A DNA stretch of 63,460 nucleotides, counting the filler. It is 5 parts of 5 records of this genome, joined end to end, with 100 filler letters (N's around TTAATTAATTAA, not from the genome) between each part and the next. Parts side by side here need not be neighbours in the genome. Positions count along the whole stretch, not along the records: positions 19,934 to 50,665 come from SRR31156797_10569; 4 more parts are not named here. The stretch is one strand, 5' to 3'. Made by a program: the position numbers and the translations under genes. The notes under the pieces were generated by a model. It was given only the letters and a program-made list of their open reading frames with translations. It was not told the origin of the DNA and ran no database searches. The first letter of the stretch is position 1, and each line of letters begins with the position of its first letter. This document shows, one piece after another, positions 20,830-30,746 of the stretch.

Positions 20830-22155
20830 ATGAGGTTTATTTTGAAAGAGTTTCCGATTAAGGCTCTCATCTGTGTATGTGCATTATCTGGCTACGCGTC
20901 AGCACAAACTCTTGAGCAAGCTGTTTCTTTTACGCTCGCCTCTAACCCAGAACTTAAAAGCGCTTTTAACCAATATAAAAGCCGCTTGTCTGATGCTAGT
21001 GCAGCTTCAGGCGCGTACCTTCCTAAGCTCGATCTCGATGCTGGAATTGGTTATGAAGGTATCAATCCCGCTTCATCAACCGGAAACCCCGATACAGAGA
21101 TGACTCGTAAAGACGCGAGATTGACGCTTAGTCAGCTGATCTGGGATGGCTCAGCAACACTCAATGATATAGACCGCACTTCAGCCGAAGCTGAGTCCGA
21201 TCGTTACCAATTAATGGCGGATGCTTCGAATAAAGCATTAGAAGTCACTGATGTTTATTTAGAAGCCACTAAAGCCTATGAGATCTTAGTGCTATCTGAA
21301 AAAAACCTGGCGACTCATAAAAGAATCTACGGGGATATTAAGAAGCGTGCGGACTCAGGCGTTGGATCTATAGCGGATGTAACCCAAGTAGAAGCACGCA
21401 TTGCTAAAGCGATGGGTAACTTACTCGCGGCACAAAACAATCTTTTTGATACTCACACTCAATTTCGCCGCTTAGTTGGTCAAGAGCCTCTAGGGCTTAC
21501 TTTCCCAAGAGCAGACAGTGAAGCGATTCCGTACACTATTGATGCCGCGTTAAACAAAGCATTCAATGAGCACCCTGTGATTAAAGTCGCCCAAACGGAT
21601 GTTGATGCAGCACGCTTCCAATATAAGCAATCAAAAGCACCGTATTACCCAACAGTATCCTTTGAAGCTTCTCAAAGTTGGTACGATGATGCCGCTGGTA
21701 ATGAAGGCAGCAATGATGAACTCACTGCTATGGTCCGCCTACGTTATAACTTGTTCAATGGTGGCAGTGATGGTGATCAAGCAGAAAGTGCAGCTTACCA
21801 ACTTAATCGAGCAAAAGATTTAAGAGAGAACACTTTCCGTTCAGTAGAAGAAGGGCTTCGCCTATCTTGGAGCGCATTAGACCTAACATTGCAACAGAAA
21901 GAGTTCCTTTCTGATCACGTGGATTCAACGTCACAGACCGTTATGTCATATCGCAAGCAATATCTCATCGGTCAAAGGACGTTACTCGACCTTTTAAACA
22001 CTGAAAACGAGCTATTTGAAGCTCGTAAAGATTACATAGATGCTAAATACGCAGAGCAGTACGCGAAATATCGAGTGTTAAATGCGACAGGAAACTTATT
22101 AGATGCCTTACGTGTTGATGTCGCACCGGAATGGACAAAGAAGGTGGAGTATTAA
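20830..22155 (+). CDS. TolC family type I secretion outer-membrane protein (LapE/AggA-like)
   Basis: Signal peptide; QTLEQAV..L..NP, YLPKLDL and QYLIGQRTLLDLLNTENELF motifs. Confidence 0.92.
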   Translation: MRFILKEFPIKALICVCALSGYASAQTLEQAVSFTLASNPELKSAFNQYKSRLSDASAASGAYLPKLDLDAGIGYEGINPASSTGNPDTEMTRKDARLTLSQLIWDGSATLNDIDRTSAEAESDRYQLMADASNKALEVTDVYLEATKAYEILVLSEKNLATHKRIYGDIKKRADSGVGSIADVTQVEARIAKAMGNLLAAQNNLFDTHTQFRRLVGQEPLGLTFPRADSEAIPYTIDAALNKAFNEHPVIKVAQTDVDAARFQYKQSKAPYYPTVSFEASQSWYDDAAGNEGSNDELTAMVRLRYNLFNGGSDGDQAESAAYQLNRAKDLRENTFRSVEEGLRLSWSALDLTLQQKEFLSDHVDSTSQTVMSYRKQYLIGQRTLLDLLNTENELFEARKDYIDAKYAEQYAKYRVLNATGNLLDALRVDVAPEWTKKVEY

Positions 22156-22156
22156 T

Positions 22157-22780
22157 ATGTACCGTTCATTCATTATGCTAACGACACTATTCAGTGTTTC
22201 AACATTTGCACTCACTAACGACAATGTTGTAAACGATGAGTACAGCTATATCCCATTACCACCAGCAAACCAAGTTGCTGACTTAGAAGATGACGATAAC
22301 GATGGCGTGATTAACTCTCGAGATCTTTGCCCTGATACTCCGGCTCAGTCAGAGATCGACAATGATGGCTGTGGTACGTTTATTAAAACGTCGAAAATGC
22401 AAAGCTTGAACATTCTGTTCGCCAATAACTCAAGTATTATTCCACCTGTATTTATTACTCAAATTCGACAAATGGCCGAGTTTTTAAAAACTTACCCGTC
22501 AGCCTCTATCGAAATAAAAGGTTACGCCAGTAAAGTGGGCAGTTCTGCTCACAACTTAAAGCTATCGCAAAAACGTTCAGAGACGGTAGAAAACCAATTA
22601 CTTCGCTATGGTATCGAACGTGAGCGCGTCAAGATTGTAGGCTTTGGCGACACTGAACTTGCGTCACATGGTGATACTCAAGTCTCTCACGCACTTAATC
22701 GTCGTGTCACGGCTACCGTTGTCGGTTACAAAGGGGCTGTTGTCAAAGAGTGGAATATATTCACAACCCTACCGAAGTAA
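22157..22780 (+). CDS. OmpA-family peptidoglycan-binding protein with a thrombospondin type-3-like Ca-binding repeat
   Basis: DDDNDGVINSRDLCPDTP..GC, then LFANNS, NLKLSQKR and NRRV; start ATG 22157. Confidence 0.9.
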   Translation: MYRSFIMLTTLFSVSTFALTNDNVVNDEYSYIPLPPANQVADLEDDDNDGVINSRDLCPDTPAQSEIDNDGCGTFIKTSKMQSLNILFANNSSIIPPVFITQIRQMAEFLKTYPSASIEIKGYASKVGSSAHNLKLSQKRSETVENQLLRYGIERERVKIVGFGDTELASHGDTQVSHALNRRVTATVVGYKGAVVKEWNIFTTLPK

Positions 22781-22795
22781 AACGACTTCTTCTAT

Positions 22796-22822
22796 ATAGC
22801 GGCACATACGCCGCTATTTTTT
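22796..22822 (+). terminator. Rho-independent terminator
   Basis: ATAGCGGC-ACATAC-GCCGCTAT followed by a T run. Confidence 0.8.
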
Positions 22823-22913
22823 ATGGTATTTTAATGCCTACCCCCTAATTCTTAATGGGAAATATCGATGCAAAGTGCTACCCTTCGTGCATCATTCTTA
22901 ATGAGAGAATAAC

Positions 22914-23264
22914 ATGAGCAAATTAACGACAGATATCCAAGCAAACCTAGACTTATTCATTAAAGAAACTCAAGAAACCAAACTGGTTTGGGGCCTTAAA
23001 AATGAAGATGGTTGGTTATCTTGTGAATCGACAGAGTTTGAACAAAGTGAAGTGATGCCTTTCTGGTCTTCTAAAGAAGACGCTGCATTTCACAACGTTG
23101 AAGAGTGGGCTGATTTTGAAGTTCTAGAAATCCCGCTGGATATCTTTGTTGAAGATTGGCTGATTACTCTAGACGAAGATGGTGTACTGGTTGGCCTAAA
23201 CTGGAACCAAACACTAGACGGAAAAGAGTTAGAACCTTCAGAAGTCGCTAAACTGTACCTGTAA
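22914..23264 (+). CDS. DUF2750 family protein
   Basis: Acidic protein with VWGL..EDGW, MPFWS and WL..LDEDGVLVGLNW. Confidence 0.8.
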   Translation: MSKLTTDIQANLDLFIKETQETKLVWGLKNEDGWLSCESTEFEQSEVMPFWSSKEDAAFHNVEEWADFEVLEIPLDIFVEDWLITLDEDGVLVGLNWNQTLDGKELEPSEVAKLYL

Positions 23265-23287
23265 TTATTCGGGACTGACTTCTTACT

Positions 23288-23316
23288 AAAACAAGACGCT
23301 TTATGCGTCTTGTTTT
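23288..23316 (+). terminator. Rho-independent terminator
   Basis: AAAACAAGACGC-TTTAT-GCGTCTTGTTTT. Confidence 0.75.
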
Positions 23317-23430
23317 GCTTTTATTGAGTTAAATTGTTCGCAATGCGGTTACCATTTAATGATGATCAATAGATGATAACAATAAGCTTTGTTACTATTA
23401 CTCCCCTGTTTTTTCAACTGGATTGAACCC

Positions 23431-24006
23431 ATGCATTTATCTAAGCTAACCCAAGAAATTTACGATCACCTATACCGTGACATTAATGAGTTCCGTAGTA
23501 CATTTGATTTACCTGTCGCTGATCCATCTAGCTTAGACTCAAAAGCAGATACTCTTCATACTTCGTTAGCCATTGAGGAACTCACGGAGCTAGCGGAAGC
23601 GGATTCAAAAACAGAGCAAGCCGATGCCATTATCGATAGCGTTTATGTCTTAATGGGCCGCCTGGTTCACTTAGGACAGACACAAGTTAGCGACAACCTA
23701 GCTATCAGTTACCTGATTGATTTACTGCTGAATGTTGCCGTAAATCGTGGTATCGATTTCTTACCTTGTTGGGACGAAGTACACAGCTCAAACATGAGCA
23801 AAGTATGCCGCAACGAAGCAGAGTATAAAGCAACAGAAGCGTTTTACGCAGAGCAAGGCATTAAACTTACGGCTGTACAAAAAGGTGATTACCTAATTGC
23901 CAAATGCGCTGAAGATTTTGTTTCTGAAGGTAAAACAGTACGCCAGGGTAAAGTACTCAAGTCGGTTTACTATCGCCCAGCAGACTTAGAAGCGTTAACG
24001 CAGTAA
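23431..24006 (+). CDS. MazG-like nucleoside triphosphate pyrophosphohydrolase family protein
   Basis: EELTELAEA..EQADAIIDSVYV and EVHSSNMSK motifs; likely start MHLSKL at 23431. Confidence 0.82.
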   Translation: MHLSKLTQEIYDHLYRDINEFRSTFDLPVADPSSLDSKADTLHTSLAIEELTELAEADSKTEQADAIIDSVYVLMGRLVHLGQTQVSDNLAISYLIDLLLNVAVNRGIDFLPCWDEVHSSNMSKVCRNEAEYKATEAFYAEQGIKLTAVQKGDYLIAKCAEDFVSEGKTVRQGKVLKSVYYRPADLEALTQ

Positions 24007-24015
24007 CAAGCAGAT

Positions 24016-24045
24016 AAAAAAAGGCCACCTTGGGAGCAAGGTGGC
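24016..24045 (-). terminator. Rho-independent terminator (minus strand)
   Basis: GCCACCTTG-4nt-CAAGGTGGC 9-bp stem with A7 at 24016-24022 (U7 on the minus strand). Confidence 0.85.
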
Positions 24046-24086
24046 TAATGAGACTATAAAAGCCTAACAAGAACGAGAATGTATCA
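24016..24086 (-). ncRNA. Candidate sigma54-dependent small RNA (~70 nt)
   Basis: Bounded by a sigma54 -24/-12 box (24097-24113) and an intrinsic terminator with a U7 tail on the minus strand; no credible ORF between them. Confidence 0.55.
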
Positions 24087-24096
24087 CTCTTATTAA

Positions 24097-24113
24097 TGCC
24101 ATTTGCGTGCCAA
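24097..24113 (-). promoter_or_regulatory. sigma54 (RpoN) -24/-12 promoter
   Basis: Minus strand TTGGCACGCAAATGGCA has exact GG-N10-GC spacing and a full TGGCACG -24 box; IHF-like site at 24173-24185 and NtrC-like sites at 24207-24243 upstream. Confidence 0.7.
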
Positions 24114-24236
24114 CTTTTTCAAAAATCATAACCACCTGTTTATAAAGAGATTTTTACAAACCCCACTAATATAAACAATAAGTTAGCCCGTCACTCTTCT
24201 TCAAACTGACCCAGAATTGTGCTCTGTGCACCAAAA

Positions 24237-24992
24237 CTAGTCGAAAACTAAGTAAGGTTTACCCTCGATAAGTACAGACTTCACTGTGGTATCAAACACT
24301 TCACGCAAGTTGTCCTCGCTAAGAACCTGTTCAGGGTGGCCAAAACATTGAGCAATCCCCTGTTCAAGCAACAACACTTTGTCAGCATGACGTAACGAAC
24401 GATTTAAATCATGGTTCGCCATGATAATCGCCAGCCCTTCAGCCGCCATTCGCTCAATAAGCTTATAAAGCAAGCCTTCCTGAGCAATGTCTAACGGTGC
24501 ACTGGGCTCATCTAAAATCAATAATTTCGCATAGGGGTTAATGGCTGGCCATATTTGTAAACAACTGCCGACCAGACGCACTCTTTGCCATTCACCCCCA
24601 GATAGTTGATGAATAGAACGATGCAGTTTGTCGCTAATTTTCAGCAGCCCAGTGAGCAAGTTAATTGCCTCACCCACCTTTGGGTCATGGATAGAAGTAC
24701 ATTTTGGTACGGATAAAGCCAGATACTGAAACACATCCAAGTTAAATGCAGGCTTTTCATTTTGAGACAAATACGCTCGGTGCAAAGCCAACTCGTTTAA
24801 TGAACACTTTGTTAAATCAGTTTCATCTAGGGCAATATCCCCCACACTATCTATCACGCCAGCAACAGCCGCTAATAAAGTACTTTTACCACTGCCATTC
24901 GGTCCCACGACATGCAGTATCTCACCGGATTGGCATTCGAACGAGAGCGGTAACAGTCGCTTTTCAACATTTAAGCTATTAACGCGAATCAT
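24237..24992 (-). CDS. btuD: Vitamin B12 ABC transporter ATP-binding protein
   Basis: [30 protein letters not shown] and HDLN; follows btuC. Confidence 0.95.
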   Translation of the reverse strand: MIRVNSLNVEKRLLPLSFECQSGEILHVVGPNGSGKSTLLAAVAGVIDSVGDIALDETDLTKCSLNELALHRAYLSQNEKPAFNLDVFQYLALSVPKCTSIHDPKVGEAINLLTGLLKISDKLHRSIHQLSGGEWQRVRLVGSCLQIWPAINPYAKLLILDEPSAPLDIAQEGLLYKLIERMAAEGLAIIMANHDLNRSLRHADKVLLLEQGIAQCFGHPEQVLSEDNLREVFDTTVKSVLIEGKPYLVFD

Positions 24993-25974
24993 GATTTCTT
25001 ACCAACATCCAAATAAACACTGGCGCACCGAGTGTTGTTGTTACCACCCCAAGCGGAAGCTCAGCAGAGTCCAATGCCAAACGAGCAATCGTATCGGCAA
25101 ACACCATTAACAAAGCACCACTAATCGCGCAGAGTGGCAGCAGCATTTTGTTTTCAGATCCAAAAGCAAGACGAAGCAAGTGAGGAACAACCAAACCGAC
25201 GAACCCGATTATGCCGCCTAAAGCGACTGCCGACCCAACCAGTACCGAAACTGCAACAATCAGTTTCCAGCGTAATTTATACACATCAATACCGAGTTGC
25301 TTAGCGTGAGTTTCGCCCAACATCAGCTTATCCAGCGTTTCGCCCTGAAACAACAGCCAGGTAATGACGGGAAGTGCCATTAAAGTCAGTGTGTGCTGAT
25401 ACCAACTTGCGCCACCAATGCTTCCCATTAACCAGTACATTAATTGGCGCAGACTTAAGTCATCACTAAAGTAAAATGCCCAGGTAACAACAGCGCCTGA
25501 AAGTATGCCAAGCGCCACACCAACAAGAAGCAGTTTTGTGGTCGTTAATCGCATTGCATTAGAAATGCTGACTAACAGCAGAGTAAACAGCATCGCTCCA
25601 ACAATAGCCGAAACCATAAATGCTTCTGGGCTTGCCAACGTAGGAAGGAAGAACAACAAGATCACCATAGCGACACTTGCTCCACCCGAAATACCAATAA
25701 TGCCGGGCTCGGCTAACACATTCCCCAACAACACTTGCAATGTCGCACCGGAAACAGCTAACGCCGCACCGATAAATATGGCAGCAAGTAAACGAGGGAA
25801 TCGTAGGTCTAACACTAACATCTGTTCAAGAGACGTGAGTGTATTGAAGGGAGAAACAAAAATTTCGCCAACCATCAAATACGCAACGCTAACCACAACC
25901 AATATCGCGAACATAACAAACCCAGCTCGCTTCCAGCGTTGCTGCTTTTGCAGCATCAGTTGACTAAAATCCAT
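24979..25974 (-). CDS. btuC: Vitamin B12 ABC transporter permease
   Basis: [38 protein letters not shown] and ELPLGVVT; likely start MDFSQL at 25974. Confidence 0.95.
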   Translation of the reverse strand: MDFSQLMLQKQQRWKRAGFVMFAILVVVSVAYLMVGEIFVSPFNTLTSLEQMLVLDLRFPRLLAAIFIGAALAVSGATLQVLLGNVLAEPGIIGISGGASVAMVILLFFLPTLASPEAFMVSAIVGAMLFTLLLVSISNAMRLTTTKLLLVGVALGILSGAVVTWAFYFSDDLSLRQLMYWLMGSIGGASWYQHTLTLMALPVITWLLFQGETLDKLMLGETHAKQLGIDVYKLRWKLIVAVSVLVGSAVALGGIIGFVGLVVPHLLRLAFGSENKMLLPLCAISGALLMVFADTIARLALDSAELPLGVVTTTLGAPVFIWMLVRNHDSR

Positions 25975-26069
25975 AGTTTTACAGAGTACTAAAAAAGAAT
26001 GGCTCAACCTTACCGTTAAGCCATTCAAATATAAAGCCAGAATCTGTTTAAATCAGTAGAAAAACCGTG

Positions 26070-27098
26070 TTAGTCGTAAACGGCTTGTCCATCTTCGTAG
26101 CGAATGTTGACTTTACAAACCATAAGGGCAGCTCGCTCACCAACTGTCGCGTTACGATTTGGGAAAACAATCGCTTCCTCTTCATTTTTTGCCATTAACG
26201 GCTTGTCACCATCGTGGCCAAACACTTCTCCATGCATAAACGAAGTGAAGTTTTCGATATCATCATCAAACAAGAAGTCAAAGTCTTCATGTAAGCGCAC
26301 AATGGTACGGCTTACACGGTACATTGTGGCTTTTCTAGAGAGGTGCTCTGATTGCGAACATGCCACTAAATCTCGTAACGCGAGGTCAAAAGCCGTAAGA
26401 CGTGTTAAATCATTTTCACCGAGCGGAGCAACTTGACCAAGTTCAATCATCATCGCTTGTGCTGCATAGTTCTCGGCGCAGTACCAACTAAATGTACAAG
26501 CCGGTGCATTAGAAAACATCACTGCATCCACATGTGCATTCTCAATAAACTCAATCAATGCTTTGCTTCTCACCAAATGGCGAGTTTTAGGGCTGACAGC
26601 AAACGAGTAATGTTTAGATTTTCGAATGGCGCAGTGTAAATCCAAGTGCCAGCGAGATTGTTCTGTGGTACCTGCAAAGAAATTATTCACAATCAGTTTT
26701 AGATTATCAGCAATAGCAAGTTCTTTGCTTGCATCATGCGCTTTATCATCAAATAAGTGATTCAAATTTTCTTCAATACAACGCACATGCTTTGCGGTCG
26801 CTTCTGGATTGGCGATAACAAACAAACATCTTTCGGTTACGGTTTGAAATCCACTAACAATATCATTGATTAGCTTATCAACCAGCTCCATCGGAGCCGT
26901 TTCGTCTCCATGAATTCCGCAAGAAATAATAATGTTTTTGCTATCTTCACCCTGCTGAGCAGGGAGTACTTCTAACACACCGCGTTGAAGTAGTTTCAGT
27001 GTGACACCTGTGGAGGTTTTCAATTCATCACACTTTACAGATTGTTCAAGATCTAAACTGTCGAAAAGAAAAGATTGGCGAAATAGAGACTTCGTCAT
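26070..27098 (-). CDS. astE: Succinylglutamate desuccinylase
   Basis: GIHGDETAP, HLDLHCAIR, ELG, ENFTSF and IVFPN..V..GERAALMV. Confidence 0.88.
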   Translation of the reverse strand: MTKSLFRQSFLFDSLDLEQSVKCDELKTSTGVTLKLLQRGVLEVLPAQQGEDSKNIIISCGIHGDETAPMELVDKLINDIVSGFQTVTERCLFVIANPEATAKHVRCIEENLNHLFDDKAHDASKELAIADNLKLIVNNFFAGTTEQSRWHLDLHCAIRKSKHYSFAVSPKTRHLVRSKALIEFIENAHVDAVMFSNAPACTFSWYCAENYAAQAMMIELGQVAPLGENDLTRLTAFDLALRDLVACSQSEHLSRKATMYRVSRTIVRLHEDFDFLFDDDIENFTSFMHGEVFGHDGDKPLMAKNEEEAIVFPNRNATVGERAALMVCKVNIRYEDGQAVYD

Positions 27099-27330
27099 GC
27101 GCTACTCCTTTATTGCACAGCGGTATGTTAAAGAAATGAACAAACAATTTATGTTGGAGCGATCCCACTTATTTAAGCTTTTTGCCAAGATGAAATGAAA
27201 AAATACCAACTATGCTTTAATACATCACTAAATTGTCAGTAGTGATCTCGTGAGGGCGAATTTTATCCTAACTGTTTCCGAGACTCTATAGTTAAATAAT
27301 CTCAATATGCCAAAGCTCTGCGCTCGGTCA

Positions 27331-27364
27331 AATAATCGAGATAAGTTCATAACTCTCGATTATT
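27331..27364. terminator. Hairpin, probable terminator of the cobTSU operon
   Basis: AATAATCGAGA ... TCTCGATTATT inverted repeat just after the cobU stop. Confidence 0.5.
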
Positions 27365-27372
27365 TCAGCAAA

Positions 27373-27930
27373 TTATTCGTTACTGCTATCAATAGTTCCT
27401 TTTAGGGTAATAGAAAGCCCAGCAGCAACTAACACCACGTTTGAAGAGAGATTAGCAACTTTCTGATTCATAAAACCAGCCAGAAGCGCAAAACGTTGAG
27501 AAAGCTCTCCCGATGGAACAACGCCCATCCCCACTTCATTTGAAACCAATATCACCTTGGCTTCTGTAGACACGAGTGCCTCTAACAGGCCTGCAATTCT
27601 TAGTTTCATCTTTTCAACATCTTGCATGTCGCCGCTTTCAAACAAAAGGTTGTTTAACCACAGAATTAAACAGTCGATCACGACAACATCATCAGCACCA
27701 AACTGGGTCAGTATCGGTTCTAAATCGTAGTGCGCTTCATGATTGTTCCATTGAGTACCTCGGCTACGTTGGTGATGTTTGATCCGCTGCGTCATTTCAT
27801 CATCAAACGGGATGGCTGTAGCGATATGATGAAGTTGACCTCGACCTTGGTCGGAAACCCACTCTTGAGCAAGCCGTGAAGCTAAACTCGACTTACCACT
27901 GCGAGCGCCACCAACAATCAAAGTGATCAT
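27373..27930 (-). CDS. cobU: Adenosylcobinamide kinase/adenosylcobinamide-phosphate guanylyltransferase
   Basis: [31 protein letters not shown] and [11 protein letters not shown]. Confidence 0.95.
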   Translation of the reverse strand: MITLIVGGARSGKSSLASRLAQEWVSDQGRGQLHHIATAIPFDDEMTQRIKHHQRSRGTQWNNHEAHYDLEPILTQFGADDVVVIDCLILWLNNLLFESGDMQDVEKMKLRIAGLLEALVSTEAKVILVSNEVGMGVVPSGELSQRFALLAGFMNQKVANLSSNVVLVAAGLSITLKGTIDSSNE

Positions 27931-28730
27931 GCCGCCACCGCAATAATCTGCAGACCATTGTGGGCAAACCCAGCCATCACCAAATAAATAATCAATTCCA
28001 TCAATTGTTGCGCCGCCCCTAAACAGTCACCGGTAAAACCACCCAGCCTGTTAACCAGCCAGCGCTTAAACCATGCCCGAAAAATCACGGCGACCGTGAT
28101 TAACACCAGCGTTAAGTAGCCATCCAGCAGTAAACAAGGGACTAAGCCGGTAACGATAACAACAGCAAGCTCAGAATAGCTTTGCTTCTGCGCGAGAGGC
28201 TTACTTTTACTGGTATCCGAATCTGAGACATAAGGAGTATTGAAGATGAATGAAGAGGCAACAGCGCGACTCAAGGTATAGCCGACGAGCCATACAGCAG
28301 CCAATGAAGTAAGGCTTTCCGCCAATGATGTCAGTAGTAAAAACTTACCCAGCAGCGCCATGAACAAAGCAGCAGAGCCATAAGTGCCAATTCGACTGTC
28401 TTTCATGATGGTCAAACGACGCTCTAACGTCATCCCACCACCAATACCGTCCGCCATGTCTGCTAAGCCGTCTTCATGAAACGCTCCGGTCAGCATTAAG
28501 CTCAATACCATAGTCAAAAAGACACTAATATCCGCCGATAACAACAAACTCAAAAGCCAATAGCACCCAGCACAAATAGCGCCAAGCAGAATACCTACCA
28601 AAGCAAAATATCGCCCAGACTGATTCATCCTCTCTGGGCTGTAGGGCAAATTTCCAGGCACGGGGATCCGTGAAAAAAAACTCAGTGCAAGTAGAAACAA
28701 TTCCCATTGATATTTTGCGCTACGCAGCAT
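27927..28730 (-). CDS. cobS: Adenosylcobinamide-GDP ribazoletransferase (cobalamin synthase)
   Basis: [32 protein letters not shown] and [10 protein letters not shown]. Confidence 0.96.
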   Translation of the reverse strand: MLRSAKYQWELFLLALSFFSRIPVPGNLPYSPERMNQSGRYFALVGILLGAICAGCYWLLSLLLSADISVFLTMVLSLMLTGAFHEDGLADMADGIGGGMTLERRLTIMKDSRIGTYGSAALFMALLGKFLLLTSLAESLTSLAAVWLVGYTLSRAVASSFIFNTPYVSDSDTSKSKPLAQKQSYSELAVVIVTGLVPCLLLDGYLTLVLITVAVIFRAWFKRWLVNRLGGFTGDCLGAAQQLMELIIYLVMAGFAHNGLQIIAVAA

Positions 28731-29758
28731 TACACTGTCACTCCAGCTTGTTCGAAACTCGCCATATTGTTATAAAACTCTGCGGCTGCTTTTAACAGCG
28801 GTACTGCAAGCACCGCACCTGTGCCTTCCCCTAACCGTAAACTCAGATTCAATAGAGGTTCAGCTTCCAATAGAGCAAGTACCTTTTTATGTCCAGACTC
28901 ATGAGAGCAATGAGCAAAAACCATATAATCACGGCATTTAGGTTCAATGAGCGTTGCGATATAAGCGGAAACCGTAACAATAAAGCCATCAACCACAATA
29001 GGTGTACGTTTTTGATAAGCCCCTAAAAAGGCACCAACCATCTGAACAATCTCGTATCCGCCCACTTCCGACAAAGCCGATTTAGCTTCCAAGCCTTTGC
29101 TGCGTGAGACTGCTTTGGCGATTAACTGGCCTTTCTTCTCTAGCTGTTGGTCTGAGATACCTGTTCCTTTGCCGACACAATCATCAACCGTCAGATCAGA
29201 TAAACTCGCGAGTAAAGCCGCAGCGCTTGAAGTGTTAGCGATCCCCATCTCACCGAACATGACAAGGTTAGAACCTTGGTCAATAACACGTTCTATTAAC
29301 GCTTGACCATAAGCTAGGCCTTGTTCGACTTGCTCGATAGTCATCGCCATTTCAAGGGAAAAATTATTGGTTCTAGGCCCTAACCTTTGCAACACGAAGT
29401 CTGGATGGTCAGATTCAACTGGCAGCAATATCCCACAATCAACCACCTTCATTGCGACATCATTTGCGCGACAGAAACAGTTAATTGCTGCACCACCCGC
29501 CAGAAAATTAAGCACCATCTGCTGGGTAACCGCACTGGGTGCAATACTCACCCCTTCATCCGCAATACCGTGGTCTCCGGCAAATACAATGACCGTCGGC
29601 TGGTTAATGCTGATGTGGTCAACCGCTTGTGTTTTATCTTGGCTTTGAATTAAAGCGAGTTGATGTGCCACCGTTTCCAGTTGGCCTAATGCGCCGAGAG
29701 GTTTGGTTTTTTGGTTGATTCTGTGCCAAATGGCATCGCTGTACGAAAGATCTAACAT
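28730..29758 (-). CDS. cobT: Nicotinate-nucleotide--dimethylbenzimidazole phosphoribosyltransferase
   Basis: [30 protein letters not shown] and RLGEGTGA. Confidence 0.96.
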   Translation of the reverse strand: MLDLSYSDAIWHRINQKTKPLGALGQLETVAHQLALIQSQDKTQAVDHISINQPTVIVFAGDHGIADEGVSIAPSAVTQQMVLNFLAGGAAINCFCRANDVAMKVVDCGILLPVESDHPDFVLQRLGPRTNNFSLEMAMTIEQVEQGLAYGQALIERVIDQGSNLVMFGEMGIANTSSAAALLASLSDLTVDDCVGKGTGISDQQLEKKGQLIAKAVSRSKGLEAKSALSEVGGYEIVQMVGAFLGAYQKRTPIVVDGFIVTVSAYIATLIEPKCRDYMVFAHCSHESGHKKVLALLEAEPLLNLSLRLGEGTGAVLAVPLLKAAAEFYNNMASFEQAGVTV

Positions 29759-29914
29759 ATTGGTTCCCTGAACAAAATTTCACTATTGAAGCAGTCTAAT
29801 CATAAAGCTAATGCTGGAGCAAACGACTCAGCACCGAAAAGGTAAAATACTTGAATAAATTCGATAAATTGCATTTAATTTCATCATATTGAACTCATTG
29901 GGCGTGCGACCAAA

Positions 29915-30616
29915 ATGCCAGACTTTGAACCTTCATCTTCGAACAAACCTTCTCTTATCATTGCAGGTGCTTCAGGTCTAGTAGGCTCTAGTTGTTTAAA
30001 TCTTGCTATTGCACAAGCGAATATCGGCAAGGTTTATGCGTTAGTGAGGAGCCCCCTTACCGTTCAAAGCAACAAAGTTATTCCTTTTGTTGACGGCGAG
30101 CTAAACATTAAAAGCTGGGATGATTCCCTCGAGCCTCCAACATTCGGAATCATCGCATTAGGCACAACTCTGAAACAAGCTGGCTCTAAACAAGGTCTTG
30201 AACACGTCGATTACCATCTGGTTTGCCATGTTGCGCAGCAAATGAAAATGCTTGGGGTAAAGCGACTTGTTGTCGTTTCAAGTATTGGGGCTAACCCTCG
30301 TTCAAAATCTCATTACTTACGTTGTAAAGGGCGCATGGAGGAAACGATTCGTCAGTTAGGCTTTTCTCATGTCACCTTTGTCCGCCCGGGTCCTTTAGTC
30401 GGCCAGCGAGCCATCGTACGTACGGATGAAGTCTGGCTACAAAAACTGATGAAAATTGGACAGTTTTTCATGTTTGGTAAACTTAAGAACTTTATCCCGA
30501 TTGGATCCAATAAAGTGTCCCAAACCATGATGTACTGCCTGTTTGACCACAACACAAAACACGTAAGAACATTAAACAGCGTTGAAATGCTAACCATGCT
30601 TAAGCAGTTCGAGTAA
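29915..30616 (+). CDS. NAD(P)-binding Rossmann protein (YraR/TIP30-like atypical SDR)
   Basis: GASGLVG, LGTTLKQAGS, VDY, VSSIGA and YLRCKG..E..RPG. Confidence 0.85.
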   Translation: MPDFEPSSSNKPSLIIAGASGLVGSSCLNLAIAQANIGKVYALVRSPLTVQSNKVIPFVDGELNIKSWDDSLEPPTFGIIALGTTLKQAGSKQGLEHVDYHLVCHVAQQMKMLGVKRLVVVSSIGANPRSKSHYLRCKGRMEETIRQLGFSHVTFVRPGPLVGQRAIVRTDEVWLQKLMKIGQFFMFGKLKNFIPIGSNKVSQTMMYCLFDHNTKHVRTLNSVEMLTMLKQFE

Positions 30617-30746
30617 CTTGAGTAATTGATGACCACACAGCGTAAAAACCTGCAATCACGGTGTTTTCAAGCCTTTGTTAAGATTGCTTAGTCGTCAGGG
30701 GGATGTTCTAATACCAGCAACCTTATCAGTGAATTGGTAACAACAC

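Noticed and set aside
24016-24113. Identification of the sigma54 sRNA candidate as a Qrr
   Set aside because: It lacks the conserved Qrr core GGGTCACCTAGCCAACTGACG.
29759-29914. Cobalamin riboswitch upstream of cobT (or of btuC)
   Set aside because: No B12-box or GGGAA/GCCCCCGC/GCCACTG elements are visible, and the astE-btuC gap is too short.
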